From Octopus sinensis (Eukaryota), in contig NC_043008.1 in assembly GCF_006345805.1 (NCBI RefSeq), positions 51,274,001 to 51,338,000 on the forward strand: a DNA stretch of 64,000 nt, given 5' to 3'. The notes below the pieces were generated by a model. That model was not told the DNA's origin and ran no database searches. It saw only the letters and a list, made by a program, of their open reading frames with translations. Shown here piece by piece: positions 51,480 through 63,734 of the stretch; within the stretch, counting starts at the first letter, position 1; each line of letters begins with the position of its first letter. Both the position numbers and the translations under genes were made by a program.

Positions 51480-51841
51480 ACCTCTGCCTTAGTGAAGGCA
51501 GGGGTATTGTTTTCAGTTGTGTTTGTTGTTTGTTTGTCGGTGGGCATCTCAAGAAATGTTGGATGGATTTGGATGAAACTTTCAGGGATGTTTGGCCTCA
51601 TGACTGGCACGAACTGATTAGATTATGGGATCGATCTGGTACTGGACAAGGATTCTGGATTATTTTTCCAGTTTTTTTTTAACTTAAATTTTGAGAGCAG
51701 TCAGGTTCATTTTTAGTATTCTTGTTTGTGAAAGCAGTCGAGTTTATTTCAGATATTTGCATTTTAAAAATTATCCCTAGCTAATCGTTAAGATGTTGAT
51801 GTTGCCTTGGCAGAGGTTTGTGCTCTCTGAGTGCTCTTGTT
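51480..51841 (+). mobile_element. Helentron/DINE-1-like non-autonomous element
   Basis: 5' ACCTCTGCCTT, (GTTT)-like core, subterminal inverted CCTTGGCAGAGGT (51805-17) followed by a short GCTCTCTGAGTGC hairpin; T-rich flanks. Confidence 0.7.
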
Positions 51842-51889
51842 ATTACTATTTCCATTATTATTATTATTATTATTTCATATTGATTTGAA

Positions 51890-52092
51890 ATTTTGGCATA
51901 AGGCCAGTAATTTTAAGGGATAGGGTAAATTGATTAGACCGACCACAATGCTCAACTGGTATTTATTTTATTGACTCCCGGAAGGATGAATGGTAAAGTC
52001 ATCCTCAGTAGAATTTGAACTCACAACACGAAGCCAGTTGAAATCCACAAAGCATTTTGCCTGGTGTGTTGATATTTCAGCCAGCATGATGC

Positions 52093-52125
<33 letters not shown>

Positions 52126-52338
52126 GGTTTCAAATTTTGGCAAAAGCCAGCAATTTCATGGAAGGGGCCAAGTCAATTAGATTGACCCCGATGTTCAACT
52201 AATACTTATTTTATCGACCCCGAAAGGATAAAAGGCAAAGACGATCTCAGCAGAATTTGAACTCAGAATGTAAAGACAGACGAAGTGCTGCAAGCATTTT
52301 GCCCAGTACGCTAAGTATTTTGCCAGTTCGCCACCTTA
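51890..52338 (-). mobile_element. Two co-oriented family C SINEs separated by (AAT)n
   Basis: Cores at ~51950-52020 and ~52190-52265. Confidence 0.8.
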
Positions 52339-52362
52339 CCTAACCCTAACCCCTAACCCTAA
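52339..52362. repeat. Short (CCCTAA)n telomere-like tract, ~4 units
   Basis: CCTAACCCTAACCCCTAACCCTAA. Confidence 0.6.
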
Positions 52363-53379
52363 AGCTGGTGGCTTTATGTATTCTGGCCTACACCTAATAA
52401 TAAGTACTAAGATCGATTTGTTCGGCGAAACCCTTCAGTGTGGTGCCCCAGCATGGCCACAGTCCTATGAACAAGAGTAATGTTAAAAGACTATTCTTTT
52501 CTTTCTTCCCCCCTTACGTTACAGTGACTTCCTTTCTCTCTCCTCTTTCTTCTGTCAGACTGTCTCTCTGTCTGTCTGTCTGTCTGTCTCACTCTCTCCT
52601 TCTCACACTAAGACCAAGAGAAGAATATGACAAAACTGATCTGATGTTATATAACAAGATCATGTACTTTATAGAGGAGATTCATTTCACCGACTAAGTC
52701 AATCCACCATGACCATCACTACCTCAGTAAATAAGCATCCTGAGTTAACCTTGCAAATAATACATTTTATCAGTCTTAGAGGTGTGTCTCTGGAGTCTGA
52801 AAGATATTCGGCCATGGGAGATGAAGGATGGTTGTGAATTGAGATGGCAGTGGTAGTGGTCATGGTTGGAGCAGAGGGATTATGAAATGTTTAGTTTGTT
52901 CTCTTATCAAAATCAGAACTGCAAATCTACCGAATAAACACCTTTATCAATCTCCTCACAGAATCAACTGGCATCGTTTCTTGAAATCAAGGAAATAAGA
53001 GTAACCATCGTCAGCATTATTATCAGTTGCATAGCATTCTAGGAACATGATACGATATAGGTTTCCTCACACACACAAACACACATACATACACACACAC
53101 ACATATATATATGCATACACACGCACACTCATACAATCACATATCAGCATGTACACATCACACACACACACACCAACACTCACATCGATATGTACACACC
53201 ATGCTTGTGTGTGTGTGCATGCATATTAAGTTAAGAGTTCCATATATTACAGAAATATCGTATTTCTTAGGTTAAAATTCCTACCCAACCATCAGAGAAA
53301 TGCAAACTTATATGTATATGCATACACACACACACTCACACACACATATATATGAGCATATTTATAAAGATACATGTAA

Positions 53380-53825
53380 AAAAGGCCAGTGCTGCCTGAC
53401 TGGTCCTGTGCCAATGGCATGCAAAAAGCACCATTCGAGTGTGATCATTACCAGTGCCGCCTAACTGGCTTCTGTGCCAGAGACATGTAAAAAGTGCCAT
53501 TTGAGCATGGTCGATGCCAGTGCTGGCTGACTGGTCCTGAGCTGGTGACATGTATAAAGCACCATCCGTGTGTGGTCATTGCCAGTGCTGCCTGACTGGC
53601 TTCCATGCCGGTGACATGTAAAAAGTACCATTCAAGCGTGGTCATTGCCAGTACCGCCTGACTGGCCCTCGTGCCTGTGGCGCATAAAAAGCACCCACCA
53701 CACTCTCGGAGTGGTTGGCATTAGGGAGAGCATCAAGCTGTAGAAACCTTGCCAGATCGGATTGGAGCCTGGTGCAGCCTTCTGGCTTGCCAGTCCTCAA
53801 TCAAACCATCCAACCCATGCCAGAG
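53380..53825 (+). mobile_element. Family D element with ~5 tandem ~55-bp subrepeats
   Basis: Repeated GCCAGTGCTGCCTGACTGG..TAAAAAGCACCATTC units, then the standard 3' part. Confidence 0.85.
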
Positions 53826-54894
53826 GAATTAGGGATGGTATGTAGGAAGAGTGAATGGGGGAAGAATGGAGGGGACAGGGAAAGGGTTAATAATAGAGGT
53901 GAGAAAAAAAGATGAACAGAACTGAAAGGGGATAGGGTGGGTTGTGGACGATGGGAGAAGAGGACATCTAAAGTTATGAACATTCTAAGGAGTGAAGAAA
54001 ATGGGATGGGAAGGGGGTAATATATAAGGGAGGGGAAGAATCATTGAAGGAAAGGGAGGTGTGGGAGTCATGTGGAAGGGATCAGACAGGAAAGTGTGTT
54101 GAAGAGGTAAAGAAGCTGTGAAAGAGAGAAAAGGGTCAGTGGGAAAGGGTAAAGGAGATACTGGAGGGTCACAAGGAAGTTTGAATAGAAAGAGCAAAGC
54201 TAGGTTAATGCCATGAAAACATTGTAGATGATTGGGGGGAGTGGAGAGGAAGGAGAGAGACGAGTAGGGGGAATATGCTAAAAGTGGAAAGCTAGAGGAC
54301 ATTTAGGGGGTATAGGGAGAAAGTAGTGAGATAAAGGTATAAGAAGTTATTGGGGGGAGACAGAGGAAAGAAAGAAAGAAGGAAGGAAGCAAGGAAAGAA
54401 GGAAGAAAGAAATCATTTCCATACTAGTGATGTCTTAATCTTGTAATTGTTGTAGTTGTTATTGCACACCAAGTGAGGAAACATCTGTTGTTGAAACTAA
54501 ATTACAAAACGCACGTAAACACACATACCACACGCGCATGCACAACACATGAAAAACACAAACACACACACACACACACATACACACACTCACACATACA
54601 CACACACACAGTTGGAGGAGCGACACAGCAAAACTTTATAAACTGCTTCATACTCGTTATCATATAAAAGTTCATGTATCAATCAACATTATGGTATTGA
54701 ATTCTATGTCAGATAATGTTTATTCCTTGTAAAACATTAACTCATATATGTTAAGCATATCAGAGAATTAGGGGTGGTCTTAAGCAAGTTGATATCAAAG
54801 GGGTTCAAGCTTGGCATCACATGAAACCAAAATAAAACAGGGAAATTGAATTGAAAGCAAAAAAAAAAATAATTTACTGAAATTGTCAAACCCG

Positions 54895-55620
54895 CAGAAG
54901 ACCCATACCCAGCAGAAGACCTGTTCCTCCCAGAAGACCTGTATCCCACAGAACACCCATACCCCTGCAGAAGACTTGTACCCGGCAGAAGACCCATACC
55001 CGGTAGAAGACCTGTAACCTGCAAAAGACCGGTTCCTCCCAGAAGACCCATGCCCCATAGAAGACTGGTACCCCAAGGAAGACCCGTACCCTGCAGAAGA
55101 CACTTATTCTGTAGAAGACTCATACCTGACAGAAGACCTGTTCTTCCCAGAAGACCTCTATCCCACAGAACACCCATACCCCTGCAGAAGACTTGTACCC
55201 GGTAGAAGACCTGTAACTCGCAAAAGACCGGTTCCTCCCAGAAGATCCATGCCCCATAGAAGACTGGTACCCCAAGGAAGACCCGTACCCTGCAGAAGAC
55301 ACTTATTCTATAGAAGACCCATACCCGACAGAAGACCTGTTCCTCTCAGAAGACCCGTATACCACAGAACACCCATACCCCTGCAGAAGACTTGTACCTG
55401 GCAGAAGACCCATACCCAGCAGAAGACCTGTAACCCGCAAAAGATCCATGCCCCATAGAAGACTGGTACCCTGCGGAAGACCCGTACCCTGCAGAAGACC
55501 TGTATCCCACAGAAAACCCATATCCCACAGAAGACTCGCACCCCACAGAAAACCCATACCCCACAGAAGACTCATACCCCACAGAAGACCCATAGCCTGC
55601 AGAAGATCTGTACCCTGCAG
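54895..55620. repeat. 18-bp minisatellite (~40 units, CAGAAGACCCATACCCNN) with an 11-12-unit higher-order repeat
   Basis: Variant units such as CAGAACACCCATACCCCTG (19 bp) and AGGAAGACCCGTACCCTG recur at ~200-220-bp spacing. Confidence 0.92.
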
Positions 55621-55639
55621 CTGAAGTGTTAAGACTGAT

Positions 55640-55885
55640 ACTTCTGGTGGTATAAAGCACTTGTGGTGGTGTCACATAAAAGCGCCTGTGTGGTGCCATG
55701 TGAAAGCACCCAGCACACTCTGTAGGGTGGTTGGCATTAGGAAGGGCAGCCAGCTGTAGAAACCGTGCCAAATCAGACTGGAATCTGCTGCAGCCCCACC
55801 CATCCCACCCCAGTTTGCCAACTCTAGTCATACCATCCAACCCATGCCAGCATGGGCAATGGACATTAAATGGTGATGATGATGT
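55640..55885 (+). mobile_element. SINE-like family D (diverged)
   Basis: Core and (GAT)n tail. Confidence 0.8.
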
Positions 55886-56182
55886 CAAATTTCTTTAACC
55901 TAAATCTATTTGACAGACTATTCTGTCAAATATAATCCTTATTTATTCACATTGTTTTCAGTTAATCAAGCATTATCTTGAAGCTTTGAGATTTCTATGA
56001 TGTAAATGTTTATTTTTAAAAAGACAGTGTAGGGCAGGTTTGAGAGGCCAAATCTGGCTGGTCTGAACACAAAACAGAATATTTGGGCAGGATACGAGCA
56101 GTTTAAATACTAATGAAATGAGATGGGTTAGATGGAGGGGTCATATAAGGAAAATGAGTCATTCATGTAAGAGAAGATTGTT

Positions 56183-56324
56183 TACATTATTTACATTTGA
56201 CAGATATTTGTCCTCATCTTGTTTGTTGTTAACACAACGTTTTGGCTGATATACCCTCCAGTGTTCATCAGGTGTCTTGGGGAAATTTTGAACCTGGGTT
56301 CTCATTCCTTAGGTATTTTTTTGA

Positions 56325-56358
<34 letters not shown>

Positions 56359-56551
56359 GTTATTATTATTATTATTATACTAACATTGAAAAATACCTTA
56401 GGAATGAGAACCCAGGCTTGAAATTTCCCCCAAGACACCTGATGAAGGCTGGAGGGTATATCAGCCGAAACGTTGTGTTAACAACAAATAAGATGAGGAC
56501 AAATATCCGTCAAATGTAAATAATGTACATAAGTCCTTTAAATACAGAACT
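56183..56551. mobile_element. Fold-back Penelope-like element, copy H2, with an (ATT)n central spacer
   Basis: Arms ~56183-56330 and ~56380-56528 are reverse complements and match H1. Confidence 0.8.
56434..56479 (+). ncRNA. Intact minimal type I hammerhead ribozyme motif
   Basis: GACAC-CUGAUGA(56439-45)-a-GGCUG(GAGGGUAUAU)CAGCC-GAAAC(56467-71)-GUU-GUGUU. Confidence 0.8.
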
Positions 56552-56635
56552 GATGTAAGGGACGTTAGACAGACTGTACTGTGATTGAGTGGAAAAGAAA
56601 TGGAGGATGAGAATAAAAATATTTGAAGAGATAAA

Positions 56636-56745
56636 CTGGAGCATCGGTTGTCAAGCGATGTTTGGAGGACAAACACAGACACACAAACACATACATACAT
56701 ATATATATATGTATGTATGTATATATACATACATATATGTATGTA

Positions 56746-56792
<47 letters not shown>

Positions 56793-57020
56793 ATATGTTT
56801 GTGTGTCTGTCTTTGTCCCCCTAGCATTGCTTGACAACCGATGCTGGTGTGTTTACGTCCCCGTCACTTAGCAGTTTGGCAAAAGAGACCGATAGAATAA
56901 GTACTGGGCTTACAAAGAATAAGTCCCGGGGTCGATTTGCTTGACTAAAGGCGGTGCTCCAGCATGGCCGCAGTCAAATGACTGAAACAAGTAAAAGAGT
57001 AAAAGAGAGTATATATATAT

Positions 57021-57091
<71 letters not shown>

Positions 57092-57226
57092 AGATAGATA
57101 GATACATATATGCGACAGGCTTCTTTCCATTTCTGTCTACCAAATCCACACACAAGGCTTTGGTTGGCCCAAGACTATCGTAGAAGACACTTGCCGAATG
57201 TGCCACACAGTGGGACTGAACCCGGA
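56636..57226. mobile_element. 5'-truncated family B SINE (+, ~56636-57008) and an inverted family B head (-, ~57110-57226)
   Basis: Consensus matches; the internal microsatellite of the first copy is expanded to over 100 bp. Confidence 0.85.
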
Positions 57227-57229
57227 ATA

Positions 57230-57527
57230 ATATTCAGGATGCCTTTATCTCTACTAAGTATAGATACAGATGTGTTACCCAAGATTAATTTTGAGGATCT
57301 GATCAAAGACTTTGCAATTCAAAAAAGTTGGAGAAAACCTCAAATATAAATAAAGTGGAAAAAATACAAAAATAAACATTTTCCTTCTTACAGTTTTGTT
57401 TCGCTTTGAAAATCAAAACTTTATTTTATGGTTTGTTAGTGTTTATATTTTGAATTACATAATCTTTTATGGGGGCACCGAAATCTTTTAAGTGCTTAGG
57501 GCCTCGATGGGTCTTAATCCGGCCCTG
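57230..57527 (+). mobile_element. 3' remnant of a hAT (Tip100-like) transposon
   Basis: Peptide LSLLSIDTDVLPKINFEDLIKDFAIQKSWRK* resembles the hAT C-terminal dimerisation region; terminus GGGCCTCGATGGGTCTTAATCCGGCCCTG. Confidence 0.75.
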
Positions 57528-58029
57528 CCTGAAGCTATGAAATAGGATAAAATAAGCATTATGTTTGACAAAGAAATCTAAATACTTAAGGGTTCTGTGA
57601 TGATAATGATATAAACTAGTTCTTCTCCTCACCATTCTCTCTCAACACCTCACCTAGATTCATCCCTTTCACTCCTATTTTTTTGTTTTAGTTATGGGGT
57701 TTCTTCAGTTTTATGAGTTACAAGAGGACTTCACTCATAACGATGCTACGAAAATGGGCCCCACTACATTCTGTAAAAGGGGTTTTTGATTCGGGCAGAG
57801 ACAACATAGGCTTGAATGGACACGCAGAAACCCCTCTCGTGCTGATACCGTGAAAATCATTGCCCTAATAGATTCTGTAAAGGGGTCAGTGTAAGGAAGG
57901 ACCTCTCACTGTGGATAAGACCATGGCAAAACTGAGAGGTTTGTGCAAGATGTGGACCTCTGATTCATCAGATTCTGTTGGAAAAACCCAACCCATGCCA
58001 GCACTGATAGCAGTCATAGACAAATGAAG

Positions 58030-58654
58030 ATGATGACAATGGTGATGATGATGGTGATGTCGATGATGATGATGATGGCAATATACATGCACAAACATAC
58101 AATCGCACACATATGTGTATGTGTGTACAATAACATATATATATAGACACATAAAGCATCTCATCACATACATTCATATACACAACAGCATGTATATAAG
58201 TATGTACAGATAATATTACATACATACATACATTACATACATACATACATACATATATATATACACACACACCATCCATAAGATAAACATTCATAACTGT
58301 TGCAGTAACAGCTGGCTGTATAACTTAGAATGTTTGACAATGAAATTTGGTGGTGGTGGTGGTGGCAGCGGAAGTGGAGGCGGCAATGGTGGTGATGGTA
58401 GAGATAGCGGTGGTCGTGGTGGTCGTAGACAGAGTGGTCATGGTGGTGGTGGTGGGAGTGGGGGTGGTGGATTCTGTAGGCTTGGAGATGGTGGCAGCAG
58501 CAGCAGCAGTAGTAGTAGTAGTTGGTAACTAAAGTTGTATTAGTGTTGGCGATTAGTGCCCAAAGCAACAGTAACAGTATTGTTGTTATTTTTATTACTT
58601 TATTATCATTATTATTATTATTATTAGTAGTAGTAGTAGTAGTAGTAGTAGTAA

Positions 58655-58702
<48 letters not shown>

Positions 58703-58780
58703 TAGTAGTAGTACAGGTAGTGGTAGGGGAATATTAATGCAACAATAACGTCTGTAGGCATCATCACCATCCTCATCATC
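58030..58780. repeat. Compound (GAT)/(CATA)/(GGT)/(GTA) microsatellites
   Basis: Direct reading. Confidence 0.9.
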
Positions 58781-59169
58781 ATCATCGTTTCCAATGTCTG
58801 CTGGCATGGGTTAGACAGTTCACCATTATCTGAGTCACTTCTTATTTGATGTTATTGCTGCCCTCACAGACACGCTGGAAGACAAATATTTCACACAATA
58901 CATTCCATTTTTGGCAAACACACACATTCACGCACATGTACGAACATACACGAATAGATAGCTATGTAGCTATACATACACAATACATATACAATACACA
59001 TACTATCACACACACACATACATAGTCAGCCCTGGATTATATAATAAAGACACTTGCCCAAGGTGGCATGCAGTGGGAATGAACCCGAAACCATGTGGTT
59101 GGGAACCACACAGCCATGCTTGCACCAATCACCTGATTTCCAAAATAATAAAGAATTTTGTAAAATAAT

Positions 59170-59710
59170 AACATGGCCAATGCATGTGCCTCCTGACTGG
59201 CTCCCGTTCCAGTGGCACGTAAAAAACACCATCCAAATGTGGCCAGTACAAGTGCCCCCTGATTGGCTCCCATTCTGGTGGCACATAAAAAGCACTATCC
59301 AAATGTGGCCAGTACAAGTGCCCCCTGACTGGCTCCCATTCTGCTGGCACATAAAAAGCACTATCCAAATGTGGCCGATGCCAGTACTCCCTCACTGTCT
59401 CCCATGCCAGTGGCACATAAAAAGCACTATCCAAATGTGCCCGATGCCAGTACTCCCTCACTGTCTCCCATGAATGGCACATAAAAAGCACCATCCGAAC
59501 GTGATTGATACCAGACCCACCTGTCTGGCTCCTGTGCCGGCGGATGCAAAAAGCACCAACTACACTATTGGAGTGGTTGGCGTTAGGAAGGGCATCTAGC
59601 TGTAGAAACATTGCCAGATCAGATAGGAGCCTGATGAAGCTGCTGGCTCTCCAGACTTCAGTCAAACCGTCCAACCCATGCCAGTGTCCTAAACAGACAT
59701 TAAATGATGA
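59170..59710 (+). mobile_element. Family D element with ~6-7 tandem ~53-bp subrepeats
   Basis: GGCACATAAAAAGCACTATCCAAATGTG recurs at ~53-bp period. Confidence 0.88.
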
Positions 59711-59939
59711 GGATAAATTTTGTCATTATTAAACTCGAGTTTGGAAAGTTTCAGTTTATTTAAATCAAAAAGAGGGAATTTGTATCCTAAAATTAGTCTC
59801 GGGTAGGTTAGGGATCTGAGGGGTTAAAAGTTGTCATTTTTTGAAAGGAACAGTAAACAACCATTTAGCATAGCAAGGAATAAAGTAATGTTTTCACACT
59901 GTTCTTCACCAAGTTAAGAAAGTATCAAATAGCCGGATG

Positions 59940-60381
59940 AACAGACAGACAGAGAAATATAGAGAGAGAGAAAGAGAGAGAGAACAAGAGAGAGAGAGAG
60001 AGCAAGAGAGAGAGAGAGAGAGAATTGGGTCTTTTGTATACAGAACTCTTCTCTCTATCTCTGATCTACAGAGATATGTCATGACACACACAGAAATATG
60101 CATTCTTCGCGTTGGTTTGCCACGTGCGCTCACAGCCACCACCATCACCACCACCACTACTACCAACATCACCTCCATCTCTACCACCGCCAACACCACC
60201 AGCACGATCATGACCATCACTACTACCGAAAACAGTGGCGCTACAGCCACCATCTTCATCACCGGCATCCTGTCAAAACTTCCACCATCACCACTAGCAA
60301 CATCACCTCCACATGATCATCATCATCTTCATCATCTTCATCCCCATCACCACCACCAACAACATCACCATCATCATCATC

Positions 60382-60413
<32 letters not shown>

Positions 60414-60780
60414 CGTGGAGATGTAGGAATACCAGACATATGCTGCTGTTCTCCACACAATAGCTGGGATGTCAGGTGATGTATGTCAAGGTGAGGAAGA
60501 TTTATTTACCTGAATGGGGTGATGATGATGATGATGATGATGATAATGGTGACGGTGAGTGACGAAGGTGATGGTGGTGATGGTGATGGTGAATAAAAAT
60601 CATCCATCAACTTTGATGTTTATAGTAGTGATGATGGCAGAGATGCTGCTAATGAGGATGCTGAAGATGACGATGACAACGATGGTGGTGGTAGTGGTGG
60701 TGGTGGTGGTGGTGGTGGTGGTGGTGGTGGTGGAACTGATGAAGATGATAACTGTGATGATAATGAAGAGTTATAACAAG
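59940..60780. repeat. (GA)n, (CAC/CAT)n and (GAT/GGT)n microsatellite blocks
   Basis: Direct reading. Confidence 0.9.
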
Positions 60781-60819
60781 AGTGATGTAGTTATTGTCCC
60801 TCATTCTCTAATTAATTAT

Positions 60820-61111
60820 TCACGTGATCATGTGACCGACCAGACCATCAGATGTTGCTACACCTCGCTGGTCACAATGCGTTCGCATTGTTTTAGCCTT
60901 CAAATGATGCCACCCCGCTGGCTAAGCGAGCAGGCCAACAGAAGAAAGAGTGGTGAAGGAGTACAGCAGGGATCACCACCCCCTGCCGGAGCCTCGTGGA
61001 GCTTTTAGGTGTTTTCACTCAATAAACACACACAACGCCCGGTCTGGGAATCGAAACCGCGATCCTACGACCGCGAGTCCGCTGCCCTAACCACTGGACC
61101 ATTGCGCCTCC
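60820..61111 (-). mobile_element. Full-length SINE, family A head with tail type 2
   Basis: A and B boxes intact; 13-bp TSD TCTAATTAATTAT at 60807-19 and 61113-25. Confidence 0.92.
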
Positions 61112-63734
61112 GTCTAATTAATTATATACATATATATATATGTGTGTGTGTGTAAAACAAAAAACAACTCATAGGTACATAAAAGTGACACAAATCATCA
61201 TCATTATCATCATCACAATCATCATCATCATCATCCTCATCACCATCATCATCGTTGTCATCTTTCAAAATCCATGTTCCATGCTGGCATGGGTCGGACA
61301 GTTTGACAGGATCTGATTTGTCCAGTTTCTGCATCATGCTTCAGTGTCTGCTCTGGCCTGGTTTGTGGAGATGCTTGGCTTAGTGGTTAGGGTGTTGGAC
61401 TCATGACTGTAAAGTTGTGATTTCAATTCCTGGACCAGGCAACACATTGTTTTCTTGAGCAAAACACTTCCTTTCACATTGCTCCAGTCCACTCAGCTGG
61501 CAAAAATGAGTAATCCTGCAACAGACCGGCGTCCCGTCCACATTGGGAATGCATATTCCATGGAAACCAGGAAATTGGCCCTTATCAGTCGACATGACTC
61601 AAGAAAGTAACTTTATCATTACTTTTTAGCGTGGTTTCTACAATTGGAAGCCCTTCCTAATGGCCAAACACTTTATAGCAAATATTGGGCACCTTTTTAC
61701 ATGCCACCAGCACTATTGAGGTTTTCATGAAGCTCGGTAGACTACAAAAGCCCTAGTGGGGGAGGAGAGGGCAGCACTTGTGCAAGGCAATGAGGGTACA
61801 GAGTAGGAAAGGCAAGAAGGAGGGAGGAGCAAGGAAGTTCTTCTAGTGGAGCTACAGGGATTACAGAGTTGAGTGAGAGTGAGAATGATCAGTAGGTGCC
61901 ATAAGTCCAGGTGGCTCCTGAGGGTATGAGTTGAGTAAAAATCTGTTGGGAGAATAAAACCAGGAGTGTGTGTAGGTGACTCAGCAATACTTATTTATCA
62001 AACCACCACCTCCACCAACTCCATTGGAAATTAGGCCATCAGAAAGGGATAAATATATTTTGTTTATTGTTTTATTTTTAGTCAGGGTACAATGTACAAA
62101 GCCCTCACCCCACTCCTACCTTAAGTATATTTTGTCAGATCTTCTGAGGTTGCCAGGGGTTGTCATCAACATTAACTCATATCTGAGTAGTTAATCTGTA
62201 GTAAGTGATTGAGCATCTTCATCTTAATGGGTGCAAAGTGCTCCGGTGCCTGAAGTGCTTGTTCAGGCCAAGGGTGGCATAGAAGAGCTGAGTGGTCTTG
62301 AGCTGGTCTCGGAAATGAAATAAGGGGGCTCTGTATGGTCTAGTGCTTGAGGCCAGCTCTGCAAAGAGGAACTGAAGAGGGAGGTGTGCTCCTGAAATTA
62401 GAGTGCAGGCCTAAAAGCTTGCAACAGAGTGAACTCTGCTGAAGTTACCCAAGGACCAGGTGCTGGTGTTAAACAAAGTGATGGATTAAAGTCTGGCTTT
62501 CTTCAACAATAGCACAATACCAGCACGGAAAACGAACATTATCATTTTTGTTACTATATTTACATTGGAATACACTGCTGTCATTTCATTTAACTCTAAA
62601 AATAATGAAGAACATGTTAAGATAACTTTGTCATTACGGAGCTAGTGTTTAGGACAAAAATTAACACAAAATTTTGATGGAAGGCTTAACATTTTAGCAT
62701 TCAATTTACTCTTTCAAATGTAAGGCTTATTCAGCCACATTATTTTGAATTAGTCATGTATTATCTTGTAGCAAAGACATTTTCATGATGTGAATGCTTA
62801 GTTTTAGCAAGACACTGTAGGATAGTTTTGAGAGGCCAGATATGGCCAGTTTAAATTTAGATCACTTTTATAGGTGGTCAGCTCACAGAATCATTAGTAT
62901 CGAAGGCAAAAATCTTAGTAGCATTTTGTCCATCATTATGTTGTGAGTTTAAATACCACCAAGATCAACATTGCTTTTCCTCCTCTGGGGATTGATAGAT
63001 TAAGTACCAATTAAGTACTGGGGGTCAACATAACTGATTTAACCCCCCCACCTAGTATTCCTGACCTTGTGCCAAAATTTGGGGCCAATTTTGAAGCTAA
63101 AACAAGAAGTTTGCATGAGTGATCCAGGGGCAGCCTCAGGTTAGTTGGTATCAAACAGGTTAAATAATGTTGATGATGATGAGTGATGTCATAGGACTTT
63201 GGGGAGGGGCCTTACAAATAGAATAGCCTAGGGTTTCCTGTCATGTAAATCCAGCACTGCTTGAAATATTTAATGAGTCACTTGAGTTCTAAGATTTCTA
63301 AGTTCTAACCCCTGTTGAGAAGAGTTTTACATGGTTTTTAATTCCAGGGACCAACAAAACGAATGTGTCGGTCAGATAAATAATGGGGTCAATATAATCA
63401 AAAATTGATGGTTTTAGGTTGAACGTCTCCAAGTTGACAACTAAAACAAGAACATGAGCTGGAGGGATTGAACATAGCAGGAGGACTGAATGAAGATCTG
63501 GTGGGGGGGGGTATGTGTGGTGAGAGGAGAGGTTTATGGATGATAAGAGGAACAGATGGTGTAGATGTATGTATATGTTAAGTGAAGGTAGAGAACACAG
63601 TTGCCAAGGGGTGCATTCGACCAGCAGTCTCCAGACTTACTTTTGCACATGGACTTGGTTTCATGTGAGACAATCTTTTCCGCCTATGAGAGAATTGAAG
63701 AGCATAACAAAAAAAATAAAGTGTGCAATATATA

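Noticed and set aside
53830-54420. Purine-skewed tract as a LINE relic (also 61720-62560)
   Set aside because: Composition is suggestive, but no diagnostic endonuclease or RT motif could be read.
54737-55888. AGYGSS repeats resembling bacterial ice-nucleation protein
   Set aside because: The period is 6 codons rather than the 8-residue AGYGSTxT repeat, frameshifts recur, and there are no flanking domains.
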